Shown piece by piece: positions 25,002 to 37,000 of a stretch of DNA of 64,000 nucleotides. The notes below the pieces were generated by a model. That model did not search any database. It saw nothing but the letters and a program-made list of their open reading frames with translations, and had not been told where the DNA came from. This DNA comes from Intoshia linei (taxonomy: Eukaryota > Animalia > Orthonectida): assembly GCA_001642005.1 (NCBI GenBank), contig LWCA01000020.1, forward strand, positions 1 through 64,000, written 5' to 3'. The translations under genes and the position numbers were made by a program. Position 1 is the first letter of the stretch, and each line of letters begins with the position of its first letter.

Positions 25002-28000
25002 ATGAAAAAACGAAATAAAATAAAAAACAAAAAGCAAATTAAAAAAAATAAAACTCACATAATCAGTGATATTGAAAGTCAACATTCTGAAGAAAATGCG
25101 GTACAAAACCAAGCTTTAACTACACCGATTGCGTACGATTCAAATTGTGACTTTTTTCAAAAAAACTGGAAAACTTCCAAAAACGATTCAAATGAATCAC
25201 ACCGTGAAACAAACTTTCAAGAATCTATTGATAAAAGTAATTCGTTTATCGTACAGTCTTCAAGTTCAAATTCGTCATGTGATTTGAAAATATTTGATTC
25301 CATGTGTGAAAATTTGCAAGTAAAAAATGTAAACATTTTAAATGTTTCTAAATCAAACAACTTTGAAAAATCAATAAATGATTCATCTAGCAAACATGTT
25401 TTAAAAATGGAAAAATTTATAGATTCTAATCATGATGGTTCCGATAAACTTGATGCTATGAGTGATACGGATAGTTTTGATTTTCCCTTGGATTCTGATA
25501 TTGTAATTAAACTTTCTGCTTCAACTCTAAATCTCAATCAAGACGATATCAACCCGGAAAATTTACAAAACTTGACGGAACGAATGGAATCATGGGAATT
25601 GAATGACGAATCCGATAATAATGCGTTAAAAAAAGATGTTTTCTGCCAAAAAAGCGTACAAACCGAAGATTCTTCAGAATTTATTCCTCCAAGTGTAGAT
25701 ACACCCGAGTTGGTGTCGTTTGACGAGATTGCAGTAGAAGAAAGCACAAATATCGATACATTTTCTCAAATATGTTCAAAGGAAGACGTTTTAAGTAACA
25801 TCACTGAATGTAATGATGAAAATATCAATTTCAGTAGAATGAAACTTGAAGAATTATTGCCACAAACCACCTCATATAAACCTTCAAAAAATAACCACTG
25901 GTACAACGACGCTCCCATTGAAGAATCACAACCTTCTGATGAAATTGTAGATAGTGTCTTGTTGATTGATTCTGACGAAATTTTACAGGTTTACATATGT
26001 GTCATTTCACTAATATTTTTAATTTTAGTTTACCGATTCCAAAACATTTATACAAAAAATTGTTCCTAATGCTACAAATTTGCAAATGAGTGCACGGGTA
26101 ATTGCTATTTTTGGAACTCAAGGGTGCGGCAAGTCGCATACTCTGAATAGCACCTTTTTTAGTAATCACAACGTTTTTCAGGTATACAAAAGTCAACCCG
26201 AAAAAACCAGAGGAATATGGGTTTCGTATTCTATGGCTGACAATGCACTCATCATTGACACTGAAGGCATCAATTTGTCCTTGTCTAGTGGCGAGGAAAT
26301 GGCTAACAAGACAAATTTCAGATTGCTTGTCAAAATATTTTCCATTTGTGATGCTGTTTTGTATTTAACCAGATCTGATCGCCTTAATTCAGACGCTTTT
26401 CATTTCATTATGGAAGCTCTCAATGCAACTAGACATTACATAAAGGAATCACCTCTACAAAAAGAATCCATACTACTTAATAATGAAATTTATCAAAAAT
26501 TCCCAGAAAAAAATGTATCTGAATCTGCACCAGGTATAGTCATCTATCATGAAACTATACACACTAGACCTCTTACGCAAATTGAAGAAAATGAATTTTT
26601 AAAACAGTGTTTCAGTGAAACTGGATATGATATTAAAGATATTGGACTGTATCGATATGTTGGAGTAAATTATGGTTACAAATCTAGTCACAATTCACTT
26701 TCAAATGCTATTAATGGAATAATGAGATGGGTCAAAGAACGATCAATTCATGAAATTTTTTATTATCTTAAATCAATTAATTCTAGATTCAACCATAAAA
26801 ATTATGAAAATTCCTTATCTATGCAAAATGTTCCCATTTCAGAAAAATTGTTTAAATGCGATTTTGCCTGCTCATCGTGCAATGGTACTTGTTGCCGTGG
26901 AACTAATCATCTGGGGAGCCATAGATCTCTCACAAAATGTAAATACAATATTTCTTTTGACAACAAAATTTTATATTGTAAACATTGCTATAATAATAAC
27001 AAGTACATCACTGTAGTACCGAAAGCTATGTCGAAACAAGATAATACTTGGGTGGGGTAATATCTTTTTTATTTCATTACATTTATAGATTCAAGGCGCA
27101 TGTATATATTTTCAAAAAATATTTTCATTTTTGTATATAATTTTTATGGGCAGTAGGTCCCTTTTTAATTCGTATACATTTTTTATATGGCTTAAAAAAC
27201 CGCCATACTGGTAAGCTAAAAATTATTTTCATTTCAATATTACTTGGAAATCCCAAGTTGGGATATTATCTTTTATAAGTGTAAATTATAAACTGATAAT
27301 TATTTGACAAAATTTTTGGGAAACTTAATAATCATTTGTATTTTATTTTAAACGTGTTTTTTGAGCGAAAGATTTTTGAGCGTTGAACGATGCAATGAGG
27401 GCAGTACCGAACCTACCGTACCACGAGACCCCTCTTCGGGTTCTCGACGAAATATTTGTAAAATAGGTCTGATTTTTCCAAATTAAGCATTAAAAAATGT
27501 ACATTCTTGAATATCAATAACTACTGTATATTGGGTGTTAAATTTAAAATATCAAATCAGGAGCCTTAGAGAGGTCGTTATGGACTATACGACATATGCA
27601 TAATTTTTAAAAAAAAAATTTTAGGTCCTTTCTGGTGGTCTCGATCTGGGTACTTTCAGATCCGAATGAGGGTATAATCTTTAAAAATATAAAATTATAG
27701 TTACAATCCTAAAAATCGGGATAAATAACATGAATTCCAGAAAAATTAAATTTTTAAATACCTACAAGTTTTGTACGTACTACTTATTGCGTCTATCAAG
27801 CATTTCGGATGAAGAAGTGTTAACCATTGAAAGAATAAATGTAAATCTCAAAAATTATACTGATAAAGTTATACTTAAGTTGATTCTGAACTTGAAGTTT
27901 CTGAAAATGAGAATTTGCGTAGCAATGATAAAAAAAACAGAAGGAACAAATTTATGAGATTAAAAATATATTTTTGTATTTCAAATATATATACCAGTGT

Positions 28001-30689
28001 TTCCCAACCTTATAAGTGTCATGCCCCACGTTTATTCTTACGAAATTTCTACGCCCCACCATAATTTGTAACAAATATTTCCATAGTATTGTCCTAACAG
28101 ATTTTTTTATGCATATATATTACTGCGCAATAAAATGGGGTAAAACGTTAAATTAAAATTTAATTAATGAATTAATGTGATTTTTGAGTTTGGTGTTTAT
28201 TCCAAAGATTTTCTATTTGAAGCGCTATTTCTATTACTAACTGCACTGAAGATACATTCTGCTAAGTATGAAGAAGGAAAAGATAACATAACTTATGTTT
28301 CTGTCTCATCACAAAGCCATGACATAACTCCTAATATGTTTAACATTGATTTCATTGACTCATCGTTCTGTATTTCTGAGATTTCTTCTTGATATTGCGT
28401 CAAGATATCACATACATCCGATAGCATTGGATGCATCGTCCATACTGGAAATTCAATATGTTTTAAATCAGAAAATCTTTCTTTGAAATCAGAAGCTAAT
28501 AATTTCAAATGATCAAATATTATAAGTACATCAGTATCAATTACCTCACACCTTTTTAACCAATAAACCAGTTTTTTATGGTAAGCCGAGTGAATTTGTA
28601 TGCAAAAAATATGAGAATATATCAAAGTTTAGATTATCTTGATTTCTTGACAAATTTTCACAAGCCCCACTGGTGGGGCGCATGCCCGACGTTGGGAATC
28701 ACTGATGTATACAGTCAATTCGCACTTTTTTTTGAAACTGTAGGATGAATATTTAAATTTTAATTCAAAAATTTGAAAAATATTGATTAAAAATTATGAA
28801 AAGTTATTTTTGACTGGGAATCCATATACTTTAGTGTTTCAAATTTTTTTTCTAAATTAGCTGGAATAAACTGTACTAGATTAATTTTTTTTTAAATTCC
28901 CGAACTATTAGTTATTTAATATTTTATATTTTAGTAAAATAGTTACAAAATAAAAAAAAAATAAATACCAAAGTGCATTTTAGACCGTGAAGCTGTCACT
29001 TTGTGAGATAGAAGTTTTTTGTGAAGATTAACTGTATCAACTGTAATGTTTTTTTAAATTCTAGGACTATTTAATTTTCATTTTTTAAAACAATGGTAAT
29101 CTGGGGTTTTTTAGTTTACTGTTTATGATAATGCTCATGATTTTAAAAACTATCCTATAATTTACGGTTTATAAAATTGTATGATATTTTTTTATTTTTA
29201 AAAAAAAATGTAAGTTGTGATTTAACAATGATGATGAAAATTTCTGAGGTTGAGATTTACGATAATATTAATATTTCTAAAACGCTTCCAGAATTTATGT
29301 TTTGGAACATTATGTCTTTATTTATAATTTATTTATTTATTATTTATGATTCATTTTATTTAAAAAAAAAGTAATTTTGGTTTTTGACCCTGAATTTCTG
29401 AATATTACGGGTCCCATAAAACATCTCTCTGGAAAACTGTATTAGAAATTGGGTTTTTTTAAATGATAAAAATAAATCTGTAAAGTCTATTTAAAATTTG
29501 TAAAAATATTGTAGACGATGCCACCACTAAATTTAAAGGAATTTAAAGTTTAAACTTTTTAATTAATTATTTTTATATTGATTTATTTAGATTAGTGAAA
29601 TATGCATGGACAGGGTAAGAATTCAATAAAATATAAAAAATTAATATTTAGATATGTATTGGAATGCACTTTCTGTGGTATAATTTACCATAGCAGAAAA
29701 TATTGGTTTGGAAATCCGGACCCAATTCATGATTCTGATACAGTTTATTGGGAAGTGATTCATGTTTGGCCAAAAGTATTAAATTTTAAAAAGTTTATAA
29801 AAGTATAAATAGGTGCCTCAAATCATTACACAGGAGCATCACGCTGCTCGATATTTAGTTGATGGTGTGTCTCAAATAAAACATAATGTAAAAGATTACG
29901 GAACTCAACCTACAAGTAAAATTACAAGATGGATTAGCGATCAAATTGCTCCATCATATTGGGTTCCAAATTATAAAATATTGGTAATATTAATTGAAAA
30001 ATTTGTTAATTTTAACATTATTAGGGTTGTTTTAATTGTAAAACAGATTTATCGTGTGAATCACGAAAAATTCACCATTGTAGAGCTTGTGGAAATGGTT
30101 TTTGCAACACATGTACTCGGTTTAAACGCCAAGTTCCCGAAAGAGGGTGGGGTGTAACATCCGTAAGAGTTTGCAAAGTGTGTTATCAAACAAATGTACA
30201 ACAAAAAGGAGGCACATTTGATACCTTGGATGATGAGGAAGTTTCTTTATCAGGTGAAAGTCGAAGATCTGAATTGCTTTTTCAGAAAAAAATTGATATA
30301 AAAATCAAAAAATTGGATGTTGAGGATTATGGAGATGGTACACAATTTACAGCTCGAAAATTTTGCGAAACTATTTCTAATACAATGGAAAAGGTCAGCA
30401 ATGTTACAGAAGCTTCTATTAGTAAGATTTTAAACTGAATAATTTAATTTGATTTTTAGACTACATTTGCGATAGTGCTCGTCCGTCATACTGGCAAGCC
30501 GATATTGACATATTTGATTGTTTTGTTTGTAAAGTTAAATTTGACGAAGAAATTTCAATTCATCACTGCAGAAATTGTGGAAACGGTGTTTGCAATGCTT
30601 GTTCAAAATGTCGTCTACCCGTAGTGCTAAAAGGTTGGGACAGACCTGTACGAATTTGCGATAAATGCGTCCAAAACAAACTCTGTTAA
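25002..30689 (+). CDS. ZFYVE1: ZFYVE1/DFCP1, P-loop NTPase plus double FYVE domain protein
   Basis: Exons 25002-25988, 26029-27056, a 24-nt micro-exon 29591-29614, then short exons to the stop at 30687-30689. P-loop GTQGCGKSHTLN, TRGIW, IIDTEG, SRKYWFGN, IAPSYWVPN. Two FYVE domains: HHCRACGNGFC..C...RVCKVC and HHCRNCGNGVC..C...RICDKC. Confidence 0.92.
27400..27660. repeat. Dispersed unclassified repeat (copies also at ~8880-9090, ~31900-32170, ~43150-43290, ~45840-46090)
   Basis: Shared blocks such as CCGAACCTACCGTAC..GAGAC.C.TCTTCGGG, AAATTAAGCATTAAAAAA.GTA.ATTCTTGAATATCA and GCCTTAGAGAGGT. Confidence 0.6.
27995..28704 (-). mobile_element. Deleted hAT (Buster/Charlie-type) transposon with decayed transposase C-terminus
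   Basis: TIR CAGTGTTTCCCAAC / GTTGGGAATCACTG; 8-bp TSD ATATATAC/ATGTATAC. The minus frame reads HLKLLASDFKERFSDL...QEEISEIQNDE...* and then FPSSYLAECIFSAV, the hAT dimerisation-domain motif. Confidence 0.88.
28715..29470 (-). mobile_element. Diverged Helitron family A-related fragment
   Basis: Modules CTGGAATAAACTGTA, GACCGTGAAG..GTCACTT and GAAAACTGTATTAGAAATTGGG are shared with other copies. Confidence 0.55.
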
Positions 30690-31029
30690 ACACAAAATTC
30701 TCTTGAGAAATGAACTAACATTATGACTCCTGTACATAAGAACGAATCTATATTCCCTCTTGAATCAATTCACATTATTTTATATATTTATTTTGAAAAT
30801 TAAATTAATTTATTTTTATTTCTCTCTTGCAAATTTAATTAATTATTGAGAGATTTCTTTTATTTTATGAGTGCAATTTGTTTCTGTTAATTAGGTCTTA
30901 TTTTTAATTAAAATTAATTGCATAAAATACGAAATTGAAAAATAAGCTTTAATTCAGGTGCCGCTAAACTTTCTTCATCTTGAACCAAAAAAATAACAAT
31001 TTTATTTTATATCACATGTACTATTCCGG

Positions 31030-31295
31030 ACCGTGGAGAGCCAGCAGTAGGCCCGGCCACATGAAAATTGTAGGCGCCATATAATAATTTTTAAAAAAAT
31101 GGGACCTTTTTGCATTGCTAAATCGATCGTTCATTATTTAAAAATGAAAAATAACCATTGGAAATTGCATAGAACATTTTATTATACAATAATTTTGATA
31201 TACTTAAGAAAATTTCCAACATTAATAAATTTAAAACTTAGGCCCTTATGAATGTAGGCCTGGCCCATATGGCCCTAGACCCTCTACACGTTCTG
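31030..31295 (+). mobile_element. hAT-like MITE family (copies also at ~55394-55655 and reversed ~520-757)
   Basis: Shared GGACCGTGGAGAGCCAGCAGTAGGC head, imperfect TIR CTCTACACGTTCTG, and degenerate TSD GTACTATT/GTATTATG. Confidence 0.6.
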
Positions 31296-31497
31296 GTATT
31301 ATGTTCAGGTAGTATTTTATTTAAAATTTTACATTGAATCTAATAAAATTAATGTGTTTCGTAACTACCATTGCCCCAAGTATATTAATTATTAACATCG
31401 TAATTACTGTTATTGACAGTAATAGAATGACAAAGTTGCGGCAAATAATAGTAAAAAACCCTTGATTTATACAAATTATTTATTTATTTTTGTAAGT

Positions 31498-33982
31498 TTA
31501 AATATAGCACTTAATTTTCAAAACATTTTGGCTTTCATAATATTTTGCTGAATATTTCATACCTTCTTTAAAATTGTGTATTGAAATTTCTTGCAAAAAA
31601 TTTTCATATCGAAATTGAATTTTTTTCTAAAATTAAAATACATTGAAATTTGTAATATAATTAAAAAATTTTGTAAAAATAAAATTGGGGTTTAAAAATA
31701 AGATAAATTTAGATAAATTTTCTTTCACTCTTATAATAATAATACTAAATCATCATTAAATTCTTTTAATCAAACTTAAATTTTATTTTACATTATTTTT
31801 ACATTTTTGTTAATATTATTTATTTTAACCAGAAATCTTTAGTTTGACTAATTTTTGCAGTATCATTTTGATACACATGGTGCACTGCATGCAGAGCTGA
31901 ATCTATCAAGTTGAGACCACCCGACAATGAAAAATAGGTCTCAATTATTTTTAGTCATATAGCTCCTAGTCACCCATCCAAGGCTCTTGATTTAACTTTT
32001 AATTTTAATATACAAAATAGTGATAATATGAAATAATATTTTTTTTAATATATTATAATATAATTTATATATAACATAAATAATTATTTAACAATTTGGA
32101 AAAATGAGGCCCTATTTTACAAAAATTTTGTATAGGCCCGAAGATGTGTCTCGGCGTACGGTAGGTTCGGCATTGGGTGCAGACACTACTCTGGTAGAAT
32201 TATTATTTTGTATATTTTTTACTTTTAATATTTTTATTTTCGATTTTTGTACATCAAATCCTTCGTTTAATTCAATATTCACCATTATATCATTGTGATC
32301 TTGTTCAATATCGACACTTTTTAAACAATTTATTGTGTCTGATTTGTTTTTTATTTTACATTGTTTTTTTAAAACTATTTCAGAGCTATTCGTTTTTTTT
32401 TCTGTTTCTGTCTCTGTTTTTTTTTCTTTTTTCTAAAATATTATAAAAAATTGTATATTTGAATAATTATAATTTAGTTTTTTTCAAACTTTATCATCGT
32501 TTCATATAAGTTAGGATTATATATTATAGTTAGGGCAATTTTTTATTGACTTATAGAATAGCAAAAAAACTGACCTAAAAATTAAATTTACTGACTTTAT
32601 CTAACCTTAAAATTTTTGTTTGTTTTTATGATTAATACCAACTGAATCTACTGTCGACTACTACTACTAAACTAAATCGAATATCCTTTAAAAATAATAT
32701 TGACTTTATAACATTTAAAAAAGTGGAAAAAAATTTTAAAAAAATTAAAAGTGGGACTTTTAAAATAATAATTTAGCGGTCGTCCCGGCTTTGGAGTAAA
32801 ATCCCAACATGTGGCTACTTCTGCAATAATGTATATTACAAAAACAAACTAATTTTTTCATTTTGCTAAAAATAAAAACAGCAATGCTGGTAACACCTTT
32901 GATCATGGCCATGATAGTATCTAACGTCAACCGTATATATAAATACTGTGCCAAAAAACAAAATCAACTAAATCAAATGTCACGTTGAAAAATTTGTATA
33001 ATACATTGACCTTGCTTAAACATGACCACCTATTTAATATAAAAATGTATAATATATACAAAATAATACATGCATGTGTTGTTTGTCGCCCCACATTTCC
33101 TTTCGAATAGATTCCATATCAAATTCTTCTTTTTTGTTGGTTTTTTTTTCTTTTTTCTTTTCATCAATTTCATTAGGTAGTAATATTTTTGGCTCATCAA
33201 TGATTGCGTTTTGCTTGTTAATTATGGATTTTATATCGAATTTTTCAACATTTTTGGATTTTTGTGAATTTAAATTATTACTACTAGCAATATCATTTGA
33301 AATCTCTGACCAATCCCCATGATATTTATGACGACAGATAGTTGAAGATTCTGAATTGTAAATATCAATTTGATTTTCTTGTTTCATATAATCACTTATA
33401 ATTCTGAACAATGAAGAAAATTTGTTATTATTCGAAATAGTTTTTTGATAATTTTCGCAACCATTTTCAATCAATACTTTAGGATTTAAAGCAACATTTG
33501 TTGTTAAATATTTTTCATCTTAAATTTATCAAATGAAAGACATAAAGAAAAATTTATAATAAATACCATCATCTCCACTTTTGTATAAGATTCCATGTAT
33601 AATTCTGATTGGGTCATTAGTATTACCCTGCGAATAAGGTATCTTTTCCCAACTGCAGATATTTAAGTATAAATATTTTTTTCGACCAGTTTTGTCCTAA
33701 AATGTTAAATTTTACTTGAAATATAGAAATGTAAATTTACCATTGTCATAATGGTAAATTTAATTTAATTTTATAAATTACCCTGATTTTTGATAAAGTA
33801 TAGGCATATGGTTTAGGTAAACTCATAAATTTTTTCCCTTCATTCAATTGTTGATTAATATATTTTTTATATTGCTCTGGATCTTTTTTCTGTAATTCAT
33901 CCAGCATTTTCCATATATCATTTATTTGCTTTTTACAACCAGTTGGCTGAATCATGTTATAAATTGAATTGATATTTTCCAT
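31498..33982 (-). CDS. PIH1D2: PIH1 domain-containing protein 2 (dynein-assembly / R2TP-like co-chaperone subunit)
   Basis: Exons about 33982-33782, 33697-33566, ~33519-33070, 32433-~32224, 31627-31498. IWKMLDELQKKDPEQYKKYINQQLNEGK, LYLNICSWEKIP and NVALNPKVL match the PIH1D2 N-terminus and PIH1 domain. The C-terminus is CS-like (AKYYESQNVLKIKC). Confidence 0.88.
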
Positions 33983-34079
33983 TTTATCCTTATATGTTGT
34001 TAAAATTCAAAAATGTATTTGTATTTTCTTTGTTGACAACGAATTGCAAATATCTCCGCGGTATTACATTCTAAACATA
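33983..34079. promoter_or_regulatory. Putative bidirectional promoter shared by PIH1D2 and DNAH12
   Basis: Only 97 bp separate the divergent ATGs. TGTTGACAAC (34031-34040) overlays a forkhead RYMAAYA match and an RFX X-box half-site; a rare CCGCGG lies at 34056-34061. Confidence 0.6.
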
Positions 34080-37000
34080 ATGGGTGAAATTAATATACAA
34101 ACTAACGACAAGTACAAAAAAAATATCAAAAAGGTGTTTGATGACATCAAATATGCCCACAGAGATCATTATAGTAAAAGCAAATTGTTTAAATATAATT
34201 TGCCAAAAATTAAACAAAAAATACTCAATACTTTAAGGTAACATTTATTTTGGTTTTAAATTATTCCTACTTTAAATGTAAATTTTTAGAATTAATGAAG
34301 CTTTGAAGGCTGAAGAAAAAATAAAATTATCAATTAAAGACGAAGTGGTCGAACCAGAACCACAATATCCTGAAGAAGTAAAAATTACTACTTTCAACAA
34401 CCACTATACAAATTTAGATGATGAGTGAAGATCGTAAAATTAAAGTAAATTATAATTACATTTTTACATGTGCAATATACAATGTACTAATATCAAAAAG
34501 ATCTCCTCAAAATACATATTTTTTATTATTCACTAGTTTCTCAGTCTAATGACATAAAAAATATCGAAAAAAATAATAAAATTGATTAATTTCGAAAATT
34601 AATGATCACAAACTAGAATAATCACAATTTTGAAAAATATAAAACAAAATATACATAAATATGTATATAAATAATTTATTAACTGGTCCATTTTATCGAG
34701 GATGTTTATCAATGTAAAGTAGAGGGTCTATTCATATTTCACTGGTGCAATTATCAGCCAATTTAAATTTTATAAAATTTTAAAATTATATTTTTAGGCC
34801 AATTATACATTCCTTAAAAATTGCGTGGAATATGCCCCAATTGTACCATTAGATATTTCTTTGAAAGAAGGTATTACAAAAAGAATTTCGGAATGTATTA
34901 TACCTGAAAATATTGATAAAATCCAATCATTATTTGATGAAATTGAAGAATTATATGTTAATAGTATCAGAGAAATACTTGGTAAATTTTTAAAAAAAGT
35001 TTTACAAAAATGGAAACTTGACAATAACATTTATTAAATGTACAACAAAACGTAACTGAGCTTAAATAATTATTATAAAGCTGGATTATGATAATATTAT
35101 ATCCTTTGTCAGTGCTTATCAAGGATTGGAATTAATTGATAAAAATTATTGATTATAAAATTAATTCATTAATTTATATAAAATAATTGCAATTAATTGA
35201 AGATTGATAACAATATCATAATCATTTTTAAAAAACTAGTCATGTGGTTATAATAAATATACTAGGATGATGTTTGTTCGAAGTACATAAACGTCAAGCT
35301 AGTAGGTTAAATAAATCATTTTTCTGGTGACAAACGCGTTTCTATTTTTCTAAAATTGCATAGAATAATTAAAAGTTGTTAATATTTTATTATTAATCTA
35401 TTTTAGTAACATTATATTTTATTTGCATAAAAGTATTTAGAAAATATTTTCATATTATTTTTTTTATTTCTTCCTTCGAATTTGGAAATACCATTATTTC
35501 TGGAAATAAATAAAGCATGGTGGGACTGTGATACGATACAACGAGTGTTGACAGTGTCAACTTGACAACTTAATATTATATTATTATAAATTATAGTGTA
35601 CTAGGTTGACTGTTATGTACTACGTACAAACAGGACCTAGCTCTGCCGAGGGCAAATTTTTATTATACTTAAAAAATAAATTCACGTTGAAAATCTAATT
35701 TAAAAATCTTACTATTTATTATTATCAATCCTTTAAAGGAGTGGTTTTTAAATTTGTGTCAGGTGGAACCATCATATCACATTATTTTTTACTTTAAAGT
35801 GAATTATTTCATCTTAATTTTTTGTTTGTTAACATTTAAAAATAAAGTAAAAACAGTCCAATCCAATGTTATATAATTATATAGTATTGTAGTACTGTAT
35901 TATAATATAATATATTACCTTTTTACTTTTATTTCAATTGGACTGATAAATTTAGTAAAACACTCATTAAAAGTACCACAAATTGAAGGAATACCCACAA
36001 GTACATTATTAAATTGTGAATATGAAAAAGAATTGTCTTGTGTATATTTAAAAAGTGATTCTAAAGAGTACTACCGACAAAACGGTGTATATATAGCAAA
36101 TAATTTATTTTCGGTTCATTCAATATTGCGAAATGTAATGATTATTTGTAATACACATTTTTCCGGGATAAAAATGGTTAATTTTACTGAAATGAGGTAT
36201 TTGCATTCTGAAAATTTAAATACATAATATATTAGAAATAGAAGTCCAGTTGAACTCAATTCTATTAAAAATAATGCTATTTTGGATTGTGAACATATTG
36301 AAGAAATGTTAATGTCAAAGTAATACAGTTTAAATTATATCAATTTATAAAAATATATGTCGTATAGTACAGCCATTCTCAACGGGGTTCATGAAAATTA
36401 TATACATTTATTACATATTATAGGCATTCTCAGTAAAATAAATTCGTTTTTAAAACATATAGGCTCACAAATACTAATATAAAACATGCAAATTATGTAA
36501 AAGTAAATTTTATGGTATTAAATTAAATTACTTACAAGTGTAAAAACTTATTGGGAAACATTGATTATTCTATTTTAGTAGCAGCGATTTTATTTAATTA
36601 TTTTATTAAAATTTATGACTTATTTAATTTTATTATTAATTTTTTTGGGGGTCCACAGCGAAAAAGAGTTGAGAATGCCTGGTATAAAATGTGTCAAACT
36701 GTGAAATGTACAGATTCTATGGGCAAGTCGTAAAATGTGTACAATGTACATTTCATGAATAAGTTGTAGAATGAGTAATATTTATTTATATTTTAATTTT
36801 GGGTTTTAAAAATTTATTTGAATCAAATTTTAAAGGGCGTTTCTTAGAAATTTTTTTTAAACCAAACTTTAAGGGGGGTTTTAGGAATTTTTTTTAACAG
36901 AACTTTAAGGGTAGTTTCATTAGAAATTTTTTTGAACCAAACTTTTAAAGGGGTTTTAAGATTTTTTTAAACCAAAATTTTAAGGGGGTTTTTATAATTT

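Noticed and set aside
25989-26069. Apparent tail-anchor TM at the end of the 355-aa ORF
   Set aside because: It is read-through of a 40-nt GT-AG intron; splicing joins the ORF in frame to the DFCP1 NTPase domain. AT-rich introns routinely translate as hydrophobic tails.
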